This document shows positions 59,236 to 64,000 of a DNA stretch of 64,000 bases, piece after piece. Source of the DNA: the human T2T-CHM13v2.0 reference genome, Homo sapiens. The position numbers and the translations under genes are program-made. The notes under the pieces were generated by a model, which did not search any database, was not told where the DNA came from, and saw only the letters and a program-made list of their open reading frames with translations. Numbering within the stretch: the stretch's first letter is position 1; each line of letters begins with the position of its first letter. Where the stretch lies: assembly GCF_009914755.1 (NCBI RefSeq), contig NC_060928.1; one strand, written 5' to 3'.

Positions 59236-62200
59236 TGAAATCTGGCAATTTCTGATGTTTTTAAATTGCAACCCTTTCTGAGCCTTTGTTGTATTAACAT
59301 GCATTAATATTGACAGTCCCCAAAAGTGGTATTTGATCATGGGACTTGTATTTTTCCCTGTGTATATCATTGGATTTATGTTCCTCAGAACTATGGGAAA
59401 AAAATTGATACAAACAATTGGCTAAACATTTTCATCAGTTTATTATCTCCTGAAATGAAGGGATCATTCTTACTGCCAGGAGTTGTTCCTACAATTATCT
59501 CACCCATCATAGAACAGGAAACCGGCTCCTGTCTTTTTTTTTTTTTTTTTTAAACTCTTTTTCTTTTTAAAGATAAAAATGAATGCTTTCCTTCACTACC
59601 CAGAAAACGACTTCCAGCCCTATACCTGTGAGTATATACTGGGCCTCTGCAGGTCACTGAGCATGAGATTTACAGTGTATAATGTTTTCTAAAAAGTTAC
59701 TTATTGTTATTTTTTTAATTGTAAAGAATGTTCATTGAAGTGAACTTGGGAAACATAGGGAACTCAAACAAATAAAATCAGTCACTCTTTTTTTAATTTT
59801 ATTATTATTATTATTTTTTACCACACAGAAGTAGCCACCATTAGCATTTTGGGTCTTTTTTTCTTTACTGAATTGAGAGCATAATATACTGTGGTTTTGT
59901 GTCCTTCCTTTCTTTTTCACTTGACTTTATTTATATAATATTCTCAATCCAAGACATGCAGTGATTTCTGGCCTTCAGATGATTGGTAATCTACATTTCA
60001 AAAGAGCTTCCTTCCTTACCAAGTTCTGTGGCCAGAGACAATATGAAAATAAAATGGTGTATCTAGAATGAGTTTCTCCCTTATTTTAAGTATTCTCGGA
60101 AATTGGAACCACCTGGTAAGCAGTTGGCAATTCTGTTTAAAAGACCTGGAGTAGGTGACCTCAGGTTGCTTCATTTTTATGAGTCATTCCAGTCTTCTAG
60201 CCAGAAGCCAGATGGACTCAGAAGAACCCACGACCAGGCTGTTTTGGAGGCATTACTTACTCATCCTGAGTGACTGTGAATGAATTTATATAATGTTGAG
60301 ATGAACGTGGAAAAATTATCCAGGGAAACCTAAATTATTCCAAAATAAATTTAGCTTAACTACTATTTAAATTTTAAATTGTAAATCTTTTCCCACCATT
60401 GCATGTTTGAGGTAGGATTCTAATGATGTACTAATATGTAGGAACAAACATTGTCTCTAAATATTTTATCTTGTCTTATAATTTTGAGTAGGAATTAATA
60501 TTGAATTTATATGACAGGACATAATGTAAACAAACATGCTGTTTGTTAGGAGCTTTACTTTGTGTACTTCATACATAATGGATGCTCTAGTGGTTAGAAT
60601 AAATGTGTCAGTAAGTTGTTTTCATTCAAAAGTCCTTATTCAACAGCTTTGAATCTGCATCTCAAGATTAAATCAATCACTCCTTTAAATACTTATCGTT
60701 AACATCTGTAGCAAATGAAAATATTTAAACCCTCTCTGAAGAGAAAAACCATACTACACTGTTTAATTGAATTAAATTAGCTTTTCATGGTAACCTAGGA
60801 GCTATTTCTGGAACCAATTTGGAAAATGATCTTTGTATGCTGTGGCATTTATGTTTGATTATGTTTTTCTTAGTAATTCTCAATGGACCAGATTCACTCC
60901 TTGCTTCAGTCATCAAACTTTTGTGATTTTTGTAGGCAAATTATGTATTTCCTGCTCCATAATTATGCATATTTATGGATACTATATTCTTCCTCCTCAA
61001 ATATAGAAGTTGTAAAAACTTCTTAATTCGATAACATAATAAAATTATTTAAATTTTATCATTTCACCATTCTGTGAAGTATGTTAAGACTGAGATAAAC
61101 AGCCATATATAAATGAACTTCTTCCAAAAAATGTTTCATACGATTTGACTTTTGACACTTACTAAAAAAAAAAGGTATTTATAAAAATGGCAGATAATCC
61201 AAAACTTCTTATAAATACATTGTCTTGAAATACAGAATATTTCAAGGCACATTAAAGATTTTGTGTATATTCTAATTGCAGTCTCTTGATTTACAGAGCC
61301 ATAAAGACATTGAAAATTGCTTTGAGTAACTCAATTTTCAAGTTTTTTAGCTGTTAAAGTTTATTCTTTGTGATCAGCATGGGATATATTTTATATGCTT
61401 GGTACAAGGACTGTAACTTAATGTCTTTATTTCTTGAATACCTCAGACTTAACAGTTTAAAGAGAAAACTTACCTTCTCCTTAAAAAACAACAACAACAA
61501 CAACAAAAAACCTCTGCTTTATTTACCACAATCCGACTATCAGAATTGCAGCGATTTTCCCCCTAAATCCTAACAATATAGGAATGTTCATTTGCATTCT
61601 CTTTTACTCTTCACCTTCTCATTTTTCCCTCCCCTTTCATTTTTATCTTCCTCACTTTTGCACTTAATCAAAAAACACTATTTTATGTGACTGCTTTTTC
61701 TCTGAGCCAAAAAAATTAAAATACACTCATTTCTATTGTGAATATCAACAGTTTCTTTACTAACTCCATCATTCTCTGATTGGAAGTTACTAAGTTAGAG
61801 TAAGTGGAATGATGATTTGGTATTTTGTAGGCATAGTCTTAATATATTTTAGTAATATTATAAACTAATAAGAGCAAGATACATTTCTATTTTGTTATGA
61901 AATCATTTGATTATGTAGTTTCACTTAAAATGTTTTGTGAAATGTTTATATTTTGAACAAAGGAATGTATTTCCATAGCAAAAATAGCTAAAAATGGCAC
62001 AGACATGTATTATATAAAATATATTGCAGATATAACTTAGATCTAGACTTTTTATTCCTTTATATAATCTCTTTGATATACAAAAATCTATAATTATACA
62101 GGTTTTCATCAACACCTTTCTAGCTTTTATTTGAAATTTCATGTGTTTATACTTGTGGTTTGAAAGCTGTTATGCATTCTTAAACATTTTTCTTCAAACA

Positions 62201-62426
62201 TACTTGCATGCACCCTGACTTACTCTAATTCCTTTTCTAAATTCCTTTTTTGGCTCATCTGTCCTAAACCTGGAAGGTGTAATGTAGTTTAACAATAATA
62301 TTTTACATCTGTAGTTTGTGAATAATGTCTTTCTTACAAATGGAATTATTAAATATTTATGCAACATGAATGATTTTGATGCCATATTGTAAAGTGTGTC
62401 AAAGAGATGATCTAGTCCTGCTCTAA

Positions 62427-62751
<325 letters not shown>

Positions 62752-64000
62752 TTGACAGATGATACACTACCAAAAAATAATTCAGAGCACAAATAGACTG
62801 AATGTGGGAAAGACAAAATGAGAAGTTGGTGGGAACATTTATGAAATGTGAAGTTGATTCAGTCTGTTATTCTGTCTTTAGGTGATGCCATCAGGGAATA
62901 TCTTAGGGAAGACTAGAATTGGTGTTTTACGATTTTACTTTTAAAATTTGGTATCAAGTCCTCCTGATATCTTAGTTATCCTCAGTCTAAACCACAGTGC
63001 TCAGCCATTAGTGAAACTGCTATATTTGGAAAGTGATTAGATTTTAGCTTCTTTTCTTCACTTCATATTTCTCCTCAACCAAAGTGGGTATTCTAGCTGA
63101 AGTATGGCAGCATTTCCTTAGCACTCTGCTTTGTCCATGCTGTCCATCATTTATGGGGTATGTAGAGTCTTCACATCTATAATGTTTCCTTGCAGCCCTC
63201 ACCTGTCTAGACAGAGAATGCTGATCTTTGTTGTTTTTCTTTATATGACCATCCTGTCGTTCACCTGATCATTTGTTTTTATTTGTTTGAATTGTCCTTC
63301 GTTTCTGTTTTTTTTTTTTTGCGAAAGCAAGGTTATAGATTTTTTATTCAGCAGCAGATATTTTTGGAGAGCTAGTCTATGTTAGACCAGAACTGCATGT
63401 AGTATTTCAAGTAAAGATGAACTCTGGTGTTAGATGAGAACCATATTTTCTATTCTCTAGTGATGTCTGTGTCATTGTTAGCTTTTTTGGCTGCAGGAAC
63501 TTATTAATGCATTATCCCAGAGGTGACTTCTAGCTCCTTTTCATGATGACTAAGGCCCTTATCCTGAGAAGTATAGTAACCCTATAGTTTTCCAGTTTGA
63601 ATCTTATTTGATGTTTTTCCCCCTAGTAAATCTCATAAAGTTTTGGAGATCTTGTAGGTTAGCCCACTGACTTGGCATTTCACATGCTGGAAAAACTTAG
63701 TATCTTTTGCAGACCTGGAAAATTTAATCTATATTTCCTCTTTTACATCATTTGTAAAAATGTTAAGGCTACTTCCAGCACCTTCCCTGTTTATGGTTTT
63801 CCTGCCAAAATAATTCCTTTTTTCACTGTCTTTGTTTCTCCAGTAAAAATTCATCGAATCCTATGATGACTCAGTTCATTATAATAACTTTTGTGGTAGT
63901 ACCTTGTCAAGGGCTTTTAAAAAAAATCCAGTGGATTATATTGACTGGTTTCTCCCTTGAGGCTCTACACAAGTTTTAACTTACCGAGACATGATTAGCC

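Overview
This is primate (very probably human) genomic DNA with no protein-coding exon. The first ~48 kb are repeat-rich intergenic sequence: about 35 Alus, plus L1, L2, MIR, MaLR/ERV LTRs and hAT MITEs. A CpG-island promoter follows at ~50.7-51.8 kb. From memory of the mRNA 5' end (not database-checked), its non-coding first exon (~51083-51196, + strand) is that of BMPR1B, and 51197-64000 is the start of intron 1. A divergent lncRNA (BMPR1B-DT) probably runs leftward from the promoter; a good minus-strand terminal-exon signature lies at ~36.8-37.2 kb. The listed ORFs are Alu- or L1-derived, low-complexity, GC-island artefacts or chance-length frames. I see no convincing new multi-gene system. 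The best leads are candidate cryptic exons in intron 1 (one beside a (TG)23 tract), antisense micro-exon and AG|GT motifs, an unusual poly(A)/(GGC)n promoter, two old local duplications, overlapping palindromes and a divergent pair of CTCF-like sites. Repeat subfamily calls and boundaries are by eye and approximate.
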